DNA of 64,000 nucleotides, taken from the NCBI GenBank assembly GCA_965223335.1, contig OZ244991.1, positions 192,001 through 256,000 of the forward strand. The letters are read 5' to 3'. A program made the translations under genes and the position numbers. Numbering within the stretch: the first letter of the stretch is position 1; each line of letters begins with the position of its first letter. This stretch comes from Thermodesulfobacteriota bacterium (GTDB taxonomy: Bacteria; Desulfobacterota_D; UBA1144; Nemesobacterales; UBA2774). Positions 38,424-47,988 of this stretch are shown here, one piece after another. The notes below the pieces were generated by a model. It did not search any database and had not been told where the DNA came from. It saw only the letters and a list, made by a program, of their open reading frames with translations.

Positions 38424-39347
38424 TTACTCGGATAGAGAAGCAAGGATATCGGCCCCTCCCGCATCCAGAATAGATGCTGCCAGGTCTTTACCTATTTGCT
38501 CAGCATTATCAGATAGTCCTTGTTTTTGGTGTTTAATCATCTCTCTACCGTCAGGGGAAGCAATCAAACCAACCATATCTACACTATTACCATTAGGCAG
38601 GGCATGGCAGCCCACGGGAACATTGCAATCGCCAGCCAAATGCCTAAGGAATGCCCTCTCGGCTACCGCCGCCACCCACGAGTCTTGATGGTTTATGGCA
38701 CCAATAAGCCTATCGGTTTCCACATCGGACTCCCTTCGCTCAAGTGCCACTATGCCCTGGCCCGGGGCCGGGACTATTTTATCCACGGGGATAATCTCGC
38801 TTATATGCTCACCTAGGCCCATCCTCTCAACACCCGCTTTGGCCAGAACGACTCCGTCAAGACCCTCAGTACCAACCTTTTTGATCCTTGTGTCGACATT
38901 CCCTCTTATAGAAACTATTTTGAGCCCAGGGTAGTGATGTAGCAGCTGTGCCCCACGGCGCAGACTACCGGTGCCGATCCTGGCACCTGGAGCAAGGGAA
39001 CTTAACCCTCTATTGTCTTTTGATACGAGAATGTCTCTAGGGTCGTGTCTCTCGACTACGGCACCCAAGCAAAGCCCGTCGGGCAGGATGCTCGGCATAT
39101 CTTTCATGCTGTGCACAGCGATATCAATGGCATCCGACAACAACGCCTCTTCGATCTCTTTAACAAACACACCCTTGCCGCCAATCTCTGAGAGCGGTGA
39201 CGCCAGGTCGAGATCTCCGGTGGTTTTAATAATTTTTATCTCGGTAGTAATATCGGGGAACTTTTCGTTAAGAAGGCTCTGTATATGGTTTGCCTGCCAA
39301 AGTGCTAACCCACTACCCCTAGTTCCAATCCGAAAGGTTTGCCTCAT
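38424..39347 (-). CDS. hemC: Hydroxymethylbilane synthase (porphobilinogen deaminase)
   Basis: IGTRGSGLALWQA, GGKGVFVKE, AVHSMKD and IRGNVDTR motifs. Confidence 0.98.
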   Translation of the reverse strand: MRQTFRIGTRGSGLALWQANHIQSLLNEKFPDITTEIKIIKTTGDLDLASPLSEIGGKGVFVKEIEEALLSDAIDIAVHSMKDMPSILPDGLCLGAVVERHDPRDILVSKDNRGLSSLAPGARIGTGSLRRGAQLLHHYPGLKIVSIRGNVDTRIKKVGTEGLDGVVLAKAGVERMGLGEHISEIIPVDKIVPAPGQGIVALERRESDVETDRLIGAINHQDSWVAAVAERAFLRHLAGDCNVPVGCHALPNGNSVDMVGLIASPDGREMIKHQKQGLSDNAEQIGKDLAASILDAGGADILASLSE

Positions 39348-40641
39348 CTTCCTCTTCTTCCAGTATCAAGAGCTCATCATCAAGTGCAAAAAGTTTTTTT
39401 ACAGAGTCCACATAGAGCGCACCCAGCGATGTAGAGGCCTCTTTTTTAAGGTTTATCAATGGGTTATGTAGCAGTTTGCCAATTATTCTGGTAGCAAGTG
39501 TTTCGACCACTATTTTTTCTTTGTCGGAATAATCTCCGAGTTTTCCAAGGGCTTTGTCCACCTCAATCTGCATGATCTCTTCAAACCTTTGTTTGAGATC
39601 TATTATGGCAGGTACGACTTTTAATCCGTTTAACCATCTTATGTAGCTCTCTTCTACCTCGTGCACTATAAGCTCGGCCTTCCGGGCACTCTCTTTTCGG
39701 CTGTTTATGTTTTCATCCAGAACATTTTTAAGATCATCGACATCGTAAAGGTACACATCGTCTATTTCCTCTACCCTGGGGTCAATGTCCCGGGGCACGG
39801 CAATGTCTATCATAAACATCGGGTCGTTATTTCTCAGTTTGAGCGCCTCTTTGGCGTGTTGCTGGCGGATGATAAAATCCGTCGAGCCCGTAGCTGTAAT
39901 TACTATGTCCACATCCTTTAGGTGATAGTAGATCTCTTCTAGCCTTATGGGTTTACCGTTTAGCCTGTCTGCAAGTGCCTCGGCATTTTCATAATGCCTG
40001 CTTGCGACATACATATCACCTATACCTGCTTTAATCAGGTGTTTAGCAGCCAGTTCCGACATCTCTCCGGTACCGACAAGCAGTATTGACCTCTTGGAGA
40101 GGTTATCGAAAATCCTTTTTGCGAGTTCTACTGCCACATAGCTTATTGAAACGGCATTGGATCCAATTCCGGTCTCTGAACGAACCCTCTTGGCAACAAA
40201 AAATGCCGAATGGAATAGCCTGTTTAGGATAAGTCCAACTGTGTTTTTTAAAGTAGCTATTTTGTAAGCGTCTTTAACCTGCCCCAGAATTTGAGGCTCT
40301 CCCACGACCATCGAATCGATGCTCGATGCCACTCTAAACAGGTGTCTTACAGCCATGTGTCCTATGGATATGTATAGGTAGGGGGAGAACTCCTCGACTG
40401 GAATGTTGTGGAACTCGGAGAGAAACTCTTTTATGCTCTCGACACATTTATCTATGTTTTCTGATACTGAATATATCTCGACCCTGTTGCAAGTCGAGAG
40501 TATTGCACACTCGCCGACAAAGGGTTTTGCTGCAAGCTTCGGCAATGCCGACTCTACCTCTTGCGGAGTGAAAGAAAATCGTTCCCTGATCTCTACTGGT
40601 GCTGTTTTATGACTAAATCCTACTACTACTGTACGCAGCAT
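39319..40641 (-). CDS. hemA: Glutamyl-tRNA reductase
   Basis: LSTCNRVE, SMVVGEPQILGQVK and DIAVPRD motifs. Confidence 0.98.
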   Translation of the reverse strand: MLRTVVVGFSHKTAPVEIRERFSFTPQEVESALPKLAAKPFVGECAILSTCNRVEIYSVSENIDKCVESIKEFLSEFHNIPVEEFSPYLYISIGHMAVRHLFRVASSIDSMVVGEPQILGQVKDAYKIATLKNTVGLILNRLFHSAFFVAKRVRSETGIGSNAVSISYVAVELAKRIFDNLSKRSILLVGTGEMSELAAKHLIKAGIGDMYVASRHYENAEALADRLNGKPIRLEEIYYHLKDVDIVITATGSTDFIIRQQHAKEALKLRNNDPMFMIDIAVPRDIDPRVEEIDDVYLYDVDDLKNVLDENINSRKESARKAELIVHEVEESYIRWLNGLKVVPAIIDLKQRFEEIMQIEVDKALGKLGDYSDKEKIVVETLATRIIGKLLHNPLINLKKEASTSLGALYVDSVKKLFALDDELLILEEEEDEANLSDWN

Positions 40642-40833
40642 TTATTTGATCCCATGAAATTGTCAATTGGTTATAAATATAATATAAGATTTGCAATTTT
40701 TATACCATTAACACCGAAAATTATAGGTTAGCGACATAACATACCCAAATCCGTAGGATTTTTGTATGAATTCGAGTGTATATGGCTAATTTCGACTATA
40801 TATAAGCAGCTCAAAATTGCCGAATTTTATTAA

Positions 40834-41388
40834 TTACGGACGTTTATTGATAAAGGACAGAAACTCGCCCCTTGTACGCTCGTCCCTCTTAAATACCCCG
40901 CGCATTGAGCTTGTTGTCATACTGGCCTCGGCCTTTTTTATCCCCCTCATTGCCACACACAGGTGGTAGGCCTCGGCCACAACAGCCACACCCTGGGGTT
41001 CCAGCACCTCATCCAGAAAATCAGCTATCTGCACCGTCATACGCTCCTGGACCTGAAGCCTTCTCGAAAACACCTCTACAATCCTAGGAATCTTACTAAG
41101 CCCCACTATCTTGCCAGACGGTATATATGCCACATTGCACTTACCGAAAAACGGCAGCATATGGTGCTCGCACATGCTGTAAAACTCTATATCCTTTACA
41201 ACTACCATCTCATCGTACTTTATGTGAAAAATCGCATCGTTAATAACATCGTGCGGGTCAATCCTGTAACCCGCAGTAAGCTCATCGTACATCTTAGAGA
41301 TTCTCTCGGGTGTGTCCTTAAGCCCCTCCCTCTCGGGGTCTTCCCCTATCTTTTTCAGTATTTGCAAAACCGCTTTTTCAACATTCAT
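40834..41388 (-). CDS. folE: GTP cyclohydrolase I (type IA); likely start ATG 41388
   Basis: [30 protein letters not shown] and HLCVAMRG motifs; SD-like AAGGAAGGTGG. Confidence 0.97.
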   Translation of the reverse strand: MNVEKAVLQILKKIGEDPEREGLKDTPERISKMYDELTAGYRIDPHDVINDAIFHIKYDEMVVVKDIEFYSMCEHHMLPFFGKCNVAYIPSGKIVGLSKIPRIVEVFSRRLQVQERMTVQIADFLDEVLEPQGVAVVAEAYHLCVAMRGIKKAEASMTTSSMRGVFKRDERTRGEFLSFINKRP

Positions 41389-41806
41389 ACGGATATCCAC
41401 CTTCCTTAAATATTTCGAAGAAATTGTTAGATGTCTCGCCAAGCCGCAAATGCACAAGGTTCTCCCCAAGTGTGTTTTCTAGCCGGTCCCAGACGTACTC
41501 TATAATATTCTCCCCCGTAGGCTGTTTATGGCTAAAATACGGGATATCGGTATCTAGCCTGGTGTAATCCAATTCCCCAAGCACATCGTTTACAGTCCGG
41601 TCCAATCTACCGAGCTCTACAACCATACCCGTGTCTTTATCTACATCCCCTGCTACCTTTACTTCCAGATAGTAATCGTGTCCATGCCCCTTGGGATTTG
41701 CGCATGTATCGAATATTTTCAGATTCTCTTCCTCCGTCAGGTGTTCTAGATAGAGCCTGTGGCCCGCCGAGAACCTATAGATCTTTGTCAAACACGTAAT
41801 TTCCAC
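41378..41806 (-). CDS. 6-pyruvoyl-tetrahydropterin synthase family protein (PTPS/QueD fold), Cx5HGH type
   Basis: [26 protein letters not shown] and ET motifs. Confidence 0.9.
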   Translation of the reverse strand: MEITCLTKIYRFSAGHRLYLEHLTEEENLKIFDTCANPKGHGHDYYLEVKVAGDVDKDTGMVVELGRLDRTVNDVLGELDYTRLDTDIPYFSHKQPTGENIIEYVWDRLENTLGENLVHLRLGETSNNFFEIFKEGGYPYEC

Positions 41807-41808
41807 AA

Positions 41809-42237
41809 TCAGTCACGCCTCCAGTAATCCACATACATATCATTAGTCTCATAGAGCCTAACCCTATATAAATTATAGCTGCTCTGGGTCACTTTAATTT
41901 TCTCGTATAACAGATTCCAAAGCACCATGGCTATATTCTCGGTAGTGGGTATAAGCTCCTTAAAATGAGGGTTATCTTCGTTTAGGTATTTGTGGTCAAA
42001 TCCCTCAAGCACCTCGGCCATAAGGGTTTTAAGTATCGAGATGTTTACGATCATCCCGGTCTCGGGGTCTACCTCGCCCTCCACCGTTACCTCCAATAGA
42101 TAGTTGTGACCATGGCCGTGATCACTGGCGGACTTGCCGAATACCGATCTATTTTTCTGAGCCGTCCACTGTGGATTCCAGTAGCGATGGGAAGCCGCAA
42201 ACTCCATTCTCTTTGTAAGAAGTCTCTTAAATGCCAT
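41809..42237 (-). CDS. PTPS/QueD-fold paralog with Ser at the catalytic Cys position (Sx5HGH)
   Basis: FAASHRY, SASDHGHGHNY, DPETGMIVN, DHKYLNED, PTTENIA and YET motifs. Confidence 0.9.
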   Translation of the reverse strand: MAFKRLLTKRMEFAASHRYWNPQWTAQKNRSVFGKSASDHGHGHNYLLEVTVEGEVDPETGMIVNISILKTLMAEVLEGFDHKYLNEDNPHFKELIPTTENIAMVLWNLLYEKIKVTQSSYNLYRVRLYETNDMYVDYWRRD

Positions 42238-42315
42238 GATACATAGTCAACCGCCCGCAAGGCCGTATAGGATATCATAACTATTGTGCTCCTACCAGCT
42301 TTGTAAATCTCAACC

Positions 42316-45300
42316 TTGAGGTACAATTTTAGATTAATGAGTGCCTTTACCGAGCTAAATGAACTCAACAAGCAAATCCGGGTTATCAAGCAAAAACGAA
42401 GCAAAAACATACTGCTCCGCGGGTTTCTTAAAAGCTCAGCCATAGTACTCTTCATTATCTCAGCCGTGTTGCTCTTCTCGCATCTATACCCGAACTCATA
42501 TTACTACAGTGTGATAACACTTTTGGGACTTGCTGCCGTGGTTTTTGCTCTAACCAAGTACCTGATCTACCCGTATATATCATCTAGGAATGACATCGCG
42601 GTTATTAACGATCTAGCCAATGTAAAACCGGAGCTTCGCGAAGACACATTAAACGCACTATTGCTCGGCAATGAGCTTGAGGACTCGCCAAAATATGAAC
42701 TGGGCTCAGAATCATTAATAAAAGCACATATCCTAAAAGCAACGGATATATTAAAAAACATTGATCTCGGCAAACTCTATCCGTTGGGAAGGCTAAAGCC
42801 CTACCCTATAGCATTAGCACTCGCTTGCTTTATTTTGTTTTTTGCCCTCATTACGGCACCCGATCCATTTTTGAACTATGTTAAAAATGGAGGGTTCTTC
42901 AATATGGCAGACAACAATATCGAGCTAGCCGATATACAGATCACATACATCTATCCCGAGCACACCTCACTCGCCAAACGGACGATCGAGGGTAGTAACG
43001 GTGATGTCGAGACCATAAAAGGCACCAAGGTGGTGTTCTCGGCGAATCCACTCCAAAGACTCAAATCCGGACAGCTTGTCATACAAAACGGCCCAGTTGT
43101 TCCTGTTGAGTACAATAACGGCTCTATCTCTGCAGAATTCATAGCGCTTGAAAACAGCACATACTTTATACAAGACAATATCAAGAACACAAAATCCCCT
43201 GATTTTAAGATCAAGGTTAACGACGACACACACCCGTCTATAAAAATCACCAGGCCCGAGTCCAATCTAAAAGACATAAACACGGATGAGAAACTCGAGA
43301 TAGCCTATGAGGCTACAGACGATAGCGGGCTTGAGCGCATAATGATTGCGTATGAGACCGAGAGCGGAAAATCCTCAAAACTTATAAAAGAGTTTGAACA
43401 GGCTCCTAAATCCTACAAAGGTAAATACTACTGGGACCTAAGATCACACGACGACGGCAGGGGGGCCAACATAAGGGTTTGGCTCGAGGGCTATGACAAC
43501 GACAAAGTAGACGGGCCGAAAAAAGGTGTTTCAAACACACTCAATATCAAGCTCAAAAACCTGGACGAGACCCACTCAAAATCTCTGACCTCCATTGAAC
43601 AGGTGCGTGAACGGTTAATCGACGCACTCGCCACAGAGCTTACGAACTCGAGATTAATTCCCGATGTCACAAACCCGGATCAGGAAAGCAGCTCACACTC
43701 ATTATCGCCAGTCGAGATTGAATCTGAGCTAGATACTCAGATCCAAGTAAAAGAGCAGGTAAGACTTTCCATCGACTCTCTCGCCACAGCTATTAACCAT
43801 ATGCGGGAGGATAACTACTCGGACTACATCCACTTCGTAGGGCTTGCCAATATGCAAAAACGCCTTGCCGAGCTGCAAGAGAACCGCGAAGCTCTAGTGG
43901 TATCATTTAACCGCACTCAACTGCCGGCACTACGCAGTTTCATTGAGTTTGAGATAGGCGAGCTTGAGGACCACATACTTTATTTAGACGCCATTTTGGA
44001 AGGCGAGAGGCTCCGCGAATCGCTTAGACACAGCAAACAGATACTAGAAGAAGCCAGCGGGCTTAAAGACCTGATGAAGCAGCTCTCGAACACAAACGAC
44101 CCCAAGATCAAAGCACAGATTGAACAAGAGCTAAATCAACTGAGGAACGCGTTGTCAGAACTCACCCGTAAGCTTAGTTCATTGCAAAACGGGGTGCACT
44201 CGGGCCACGTAAACCAAGACGCTCTACAGGGGATGAACCTAGAGGATAAATTAAACGAACTCAACAAGCTCATCCAAGAGGGCAACACTGAGCAGGCCAT
44301 GAAGATGCTCTCAGAGATGCTAAACAACCTAAGACAGATGGTCGCATCACTTGAGACTGGGCTCAGGTCCCATGGCACGAGCTCTCTAAGCGCCCAAATC
44401 TCTGAGCTAAACAACCTCCAAGAGGACATAGATTCACTTAAAAGGGCTGAAACCGGTTTAAAGGACGATACGACCGAGTTTAAAAAAGAGCTGAGTACTA
44501 AAAGCTCATCCAGCACCGAGAGCTACGACGAGCTGACGGATAATATGCGGGACAATCTTGCCAGGTTAAAAAACCAGCTCACTCAGGCCAAAGAGAAAAC
44601 CTCTCGTTTGAAACGAGAGGAAAATGAGCTCGATAGCGGAATTATTATTGACCGAGCCCGTCAAAACGCCCAAGACCTTGGCAACTGGATCGATAGCGGC
44701 GACTTTGGGGAATCTATACGCAACGCTAAGAGCCTTGAGCAAAAGACCAGGGTGCTAAAGAGCATTTCCGAGATGAACCCCAAAAACACAGATAACGCAA
44801 AACAAGAACTCGCCGAATCTCATAGATTAGCAAAAGAGATACGGCAGGAATTGGAAAATCTAAAAGACACCGAACCCACAGATGCTATGTCGCACAATTT
44901 TGCAAACCGCCAAGACCGAATTACAAACGAGACCTCGGAGCTAAATAAGAAAATCGAGGACAATAAACTACCGCTCACTCCCGAGATTAGCAAAAACATA
45001 GAACAGGCCCAAAAGTACATGCAACAGGCATCAAACGGACTACGAAACAAAGAGATATCGAAAGCCATCTCAAACCAAGACGAGGCTATAAAATCACTCG
45101 AGCAGGCCCAAAACCAGACAAAGGACCTAATGAAAAACATGATGCAGAGCGCAAACGGCAACGGCTCGCCCGTCCCGATGGTATTCGGCCAAAGTCAGCA
45201 ATCCGGGGGTATCACAGGGGTCGATAGACGGCATGTGGAGATCCCCGTGCTCGATGAATCGATGGTGGGTAAGGAGTTTAAGGACAACATACTCGAGGCC

Positions 45301-45369
45301 ATGCTTTTAGGCTCGCCCGAGGGTTACAACGAACTAAACAAGAAATACTACGATAGGATACTAAAATGA
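42316..45369 (+). CDS. DUF4175-like large membrane-anchored coiled-coil protein; start may be ATG 42337
   Basis: Three N-terminal TMs, YPEHT beta-rich segment, ATDDSGL and DNDKVDGPK motifs, long coiled coil, C-terminal YNELNKKYYDRI. Confidence 0.75.
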   Translation: MRYNFRLMSAFTELNELNKQIRVIKQKRSKNILLRGFLKSSAIVLFIISAVLLFSHLYPNSYYYSVITLLGLAAVVFALTKYLIYPYISSRNDIAVINDLANVKPELREDTLNALLLGNELEDSPKYELGSESLIKAHILKATDILKNIDLGKLYPLGRLKPYPIALALACFILFFALITAPDPFLNYVKNGGFFNMADNNIELADIQITYIYPEHTSLAKRTIEGSNGDVETIKGTKVVFSANPLQRLKSGQLVIQNGPVVPVEYNNGSISAEFIALENSTYFIQDNIKNTKSPDFKIKVNDDTHPSIKITRPESNLKDINTDEKLEIAYEATDDSGLERIMIAYETESGKSSKLIKEFEQAPKSYKGKYYWDLRSHDDGRGANIRVWLEGYDNDKVDGPKKGVSNTLNIKLKNLDETHSKSLTSIEQVRERLIDALATELTNSRLIPDVTNPDQESSSHSLSPVEIESELDTQIQVKEQVRLSIDSLATAINHMREDNYSDYIHFVGLANMQKRLAELQENREALVVSFNRTQLPALRSFIEFEIGELEDHILYLDAILEGERLRESLRHSKQILEEASGLKDLMKQLSNTNDPKIKAQIEQELNQLRNALSELTRKLSSLQNGVHSGHVNQDALQGMNLEDKLNELNKLIQEGNTEQAMKMLSEMLNNLRQMVASLETGLRSHGTSSLSAQISELNNLQEDIDSLKRAETGLKDDTTEFKKELSTKSSSSTESYDELTDNMRDNLARLKNQLTQAKEKTSRLKREENELDSGIIIDRARQNAQDLGNWIDSGDFGESIRNAKSLEQKTRVLKSISEMNPKNTDNAKQELAESHRLAKEIRQELENLKDTEPTDAMSHNFANRQDRITNETSELNKKIEDNKLPLTPEISKNIEQAQKYMQQASNGLRNKEISKAISNQDEAIKSLEQAQNQTKDLMKNMMQSANGNGSPVPMVFGQSQQSGGITGVDRRHVEIPVLDESMVGKEFKDNILEAMLLGSPEGYNELNKKYYDRILK

Positions 45370-46952
45370 GGATCTTTTTCATATCCGTGATCATGTTGTT
45401 TACAGCCGTCTCGGTTCGGGCAGACACCCCACCTGTTATCGAGCTGCTCGAAAGCGCTCAAGAAAACATAAAAAAGTGGCAGATAGAGGATGCCTCGGAG
45501 GATGCGTACGAAGCACTTAGGTTTGCACAATCCGCCGAGGTCTCAAGAGAGGTATGGCGTGTGCTTGCGATTGTGGAATACAACAAACCCAATTACCCAA
45601 AGGCCAAAGAGTACGCCGAAAAGTCTCTCGAGACCCAAAAAAACTCATTTAGGCGTGACACCTTCATGGACTATATTATCCATGTATCCAACGTATCCGA
45701 GAGCTTCCAAGAACAACAGACCGAGCACTTCAAGATCAGGTTTATGGATAAGAAGGACGCCGTGGCCGCTTACTATGCCCAAGAGGTGCTGGAAAAGGCC
45801 TATTTTGAGATCGGCTTAGATCTGGAATATTACCCAGAGAGCCGGATTGTGGTCGAAATCTATCCAGACATAGAGAGCTTTACATTGGCATCTACGCTGC
45901 CTAAAGAGAGTGTAGAGAACACGGGTGTGGTCGGTATATGCAAGTTCAACAGGATCATGATCCTCTCACCCAGGCTCATGCCCAAAGGGTACAAATGGTC
46001 AGACACCCTGGCACACGAGTATGTCCACTACCTTGTTTTTAAAAAGAGCGAAAACCGAACTCCTGTATGGCTCCACGAGGGAATTGCAAAGGCATCGGAG
46101 CAAAGGTGGCGGCAGACCGAAGGCCCATCGCTTAGCGCACTGCACGAAACACTCCTTAGCCGAGCACTACGGGACCAAAAACTCGTACCGATCGAGAAAA
46201 TGCACCCATCCTTTGCAATGCTCGACACTGCCGAGGAGGCACAGCTGGCCTTCGCTCAGGCCGGATCGACCATTAATTTTATGGTCGAGAGATGGGGCAA
46301 AAAATCTCTCAACACTCTACTTGATACACTTAGAGAAAACCCGGATTATGAAAACGCCATCACAACCGTAACGGGTATGAGCTTCCAAGAGTTTTACGAC
46401 GGCTGGAAAAACGATTTACTGTCCAAGGGCCTAGAAGAGAAGATCAAAGAGATACGTCCCGGGAGTTTGGAAATAAAGGTTTCCGAAGACCCCGGATCAG
46501 ACAAGGAGAATGCAAACCTGCACGAGATAAAGAACAAAACTGCAAGGAACCACACTCGGCTGGGTGACCTGTTTTACTCAAGGGGTAGAACCAAGGCAGC
46601 AGTGTACGAGTATGAAAAAGCCGCCAAACTCGACCCCTACTCGCCTTTTATCGCTGTACGTTTAACGAAATCACTCATAAAAAGCAACCGCTTAAAAGAT
46701 GCGGAGACCTATATTAAACCGGTACTCGAAATCCACCCCGAGCAGATCGATCTACTCATGAACCTGGGAGAGATTTACCTGCTTAACGGCAATCTATCGA
46801 AAGCCGAGTCATCGTATAAAGACGCTATATTTATAAATCCCTACGACCCAATGGTACATATCGCACTAAAATCAATTTACGAAAAGCAGGGCAAAAACAA
46901 ACTTAGCCAAAAAGAGCAGGAAATTTTGACTATACTATCATCCGAGGGTTAA
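45366..46952 (+). CDS. Exported peptidase MA-like metalloprotease with TPR repeats
   Basis: Signal peptide; LAHEYVH and PVWLHEGIA motifs; TPRs at both ends; ATGA overlap with the upstream gene. Confidence 0.85.
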   Translation: MRIFFISVIMLFTAVSVRADTPPVIELLESAQENIKKWQIEDASEDAYEALRFAQSAEVSREVWRVLAIVEYNKPNYPKAKEYAEKSLETQKNSFRRDTFMDYIIHVSNVSESFQEQQTEHFKIRFMDKKDAVAAYYAQEVLEKAYFEIGLDLEYYPESRIVVEIYPDIESFTLASTLPKESVENTGVVGICKFNRIMILSPRLMPKGYKWSDTLAHEYVHYLVFKKSENRTPVWLHEGIAKASEQRWRQTEGPSLSALHETLLSRALRDQKLVPIEKMHPSFAMLDTAEEAQLAFAQAGSTINFMVERWGKKSLNTLLDTLRENPDYENAITTVTGMSFQEFYDGWKNDLLSKGLEEKIKEIRPGSLEIKVSEDPGSDKENANLHEIKNKTARNHTRLGDLFYSRGRTKAAVYEYEKAAKLDPYSPFIAVRLTKSLIKSNRLKDAETYIKPVLEIHPEQIDLLMNLGEIYLLNGNLSKAESSYKDAIFINPYDPMVHIALKSIYEKQGKNKLSQKEQEILTILSSEG

Positions 46953-46956
46953 AAAA

Positions 46957-47988
46957 ATGAATCCGACTCCAACCACAGAGCAAGACAAAGCCAAGATAGC
47001 ACAGTTGGCCGATATCAAAACAAACATAATTGACGAGATTAATAAAGTCATTGTGGGCCAGGAAAAGGTAATAGAACTACTGCTTATATCGTTAATGTCA
47101 TCGGGACACTCACTGTTTGTAGGAGTACCGGGACTGGCAAAGACACTCCTGGTAAGCACTCTCTCCGATATTCTAAACCTTAAATTTAACAGGGTGCAGT
47201 TCACACCCGATCTCATGCCCTCTGACATCACGGGCTCTGAGATACTCGAGATGGACAATATCAGTCAAAGCAGGGTGTTCAAATTCCTCCACGGCCCAGT
47301 GTTCTGCAACATCCTACTTGCAGACGAGATAAACAGGGCCTCACCCAAAACCCAGGCGGCTCTGCTCCAGGCAATGCAGGAGAAAAAGGTCACTGTAGGC
47401 GGCGACACCTATCCCATAGCCCCTCCGTTTCTCGTGTTCGCCACCCAAAACCCCATAGAGCAGGAGGGCACATACCCTTTGCCCGAGGCGGAACTCGACA
47501 GGTTCATGTTCCAGATCGACGTTAAGTACCCATCTTATGAAGAGGAGCTACGGATTGTAAAAACAACCACAGGCACTTACAGGCCCGAGCTTAAGAAGAT
47601 ACTCGACTCAAACAGAATCATAGAAGATCAATCGCTGGTAGAGCGGGTTCCCGTGTCGGATAATGTCGCGTCCTATGCAGTAAAGCTTGCCCGGTCCACA
47701 AGGCCCGAAGACCCGGCTACCCCAAAAAAGATTCGCGACTCTCTGTCTTGGGGTGTAGGCCCAAGGGCCTCGCAATTCCTTATCACCGGCGCCAAAGCAC
47801 GCGCCGCGCTCGACGGACGTTACACACCCACAACCGAAGACGTCGCATTCGTGGCACCGTCGGTGCTAAAACACAGGCTCGTACTCAATTTTAGGGCTGA
47901 GGCCGAGGGCATAACCCCCGACAATATAGTGGAAGAGATTCTCTACTCGATAGACCCAGCCGACACTAGCGGTCTTCTTGCTGGATAA
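46957..47988 (+). CDS. moxR: MoxR-family AAA+ ATPase
   Basis: GVPGLAKT, RVQFTPDLMPSD, LADEINR and NPIEQEGTYPLPEAELDRF motifs. Confidence 0.96.
   Translation: MNPTPTTEQDKAKIAQLADIKTNIIDEINKVIVGQEKVIELLLISLMSSGHSLFVGVPGLAKTLLVSTLSDILNLKFNRVQFTPDLMPSDITGSEILEMDNISQSRVFKFLHGPVFCNILLADEINRASPKTQAALLQAMQEKKVTVGGDTYPIAPPFLVFATQNPIEQEGTYPLPEAELDRFMFQIDVKYPSYEEELRIVKTTTGTYRPELKKILDSNRIIEDQSLVERVPVSDNVASYAVKLARSTRPEDPATPKKIRDSLSWGVGPRASQFLITGAKARAALDGRYTPTTEDVAFVAPSVLKHRLVLNFRAEAEGITPDNIVEEILYSIDPADTSGLLAG

Noticed and set aside
40834..42237. folE plus queD-like genes as a 7-deazaguanine DNA-modification (dpd) system
   Set aside because: No dpdA/tgt, queC or queE in the window, and the motif spacing is x5HGH rather than QueD-type Cx3HGH
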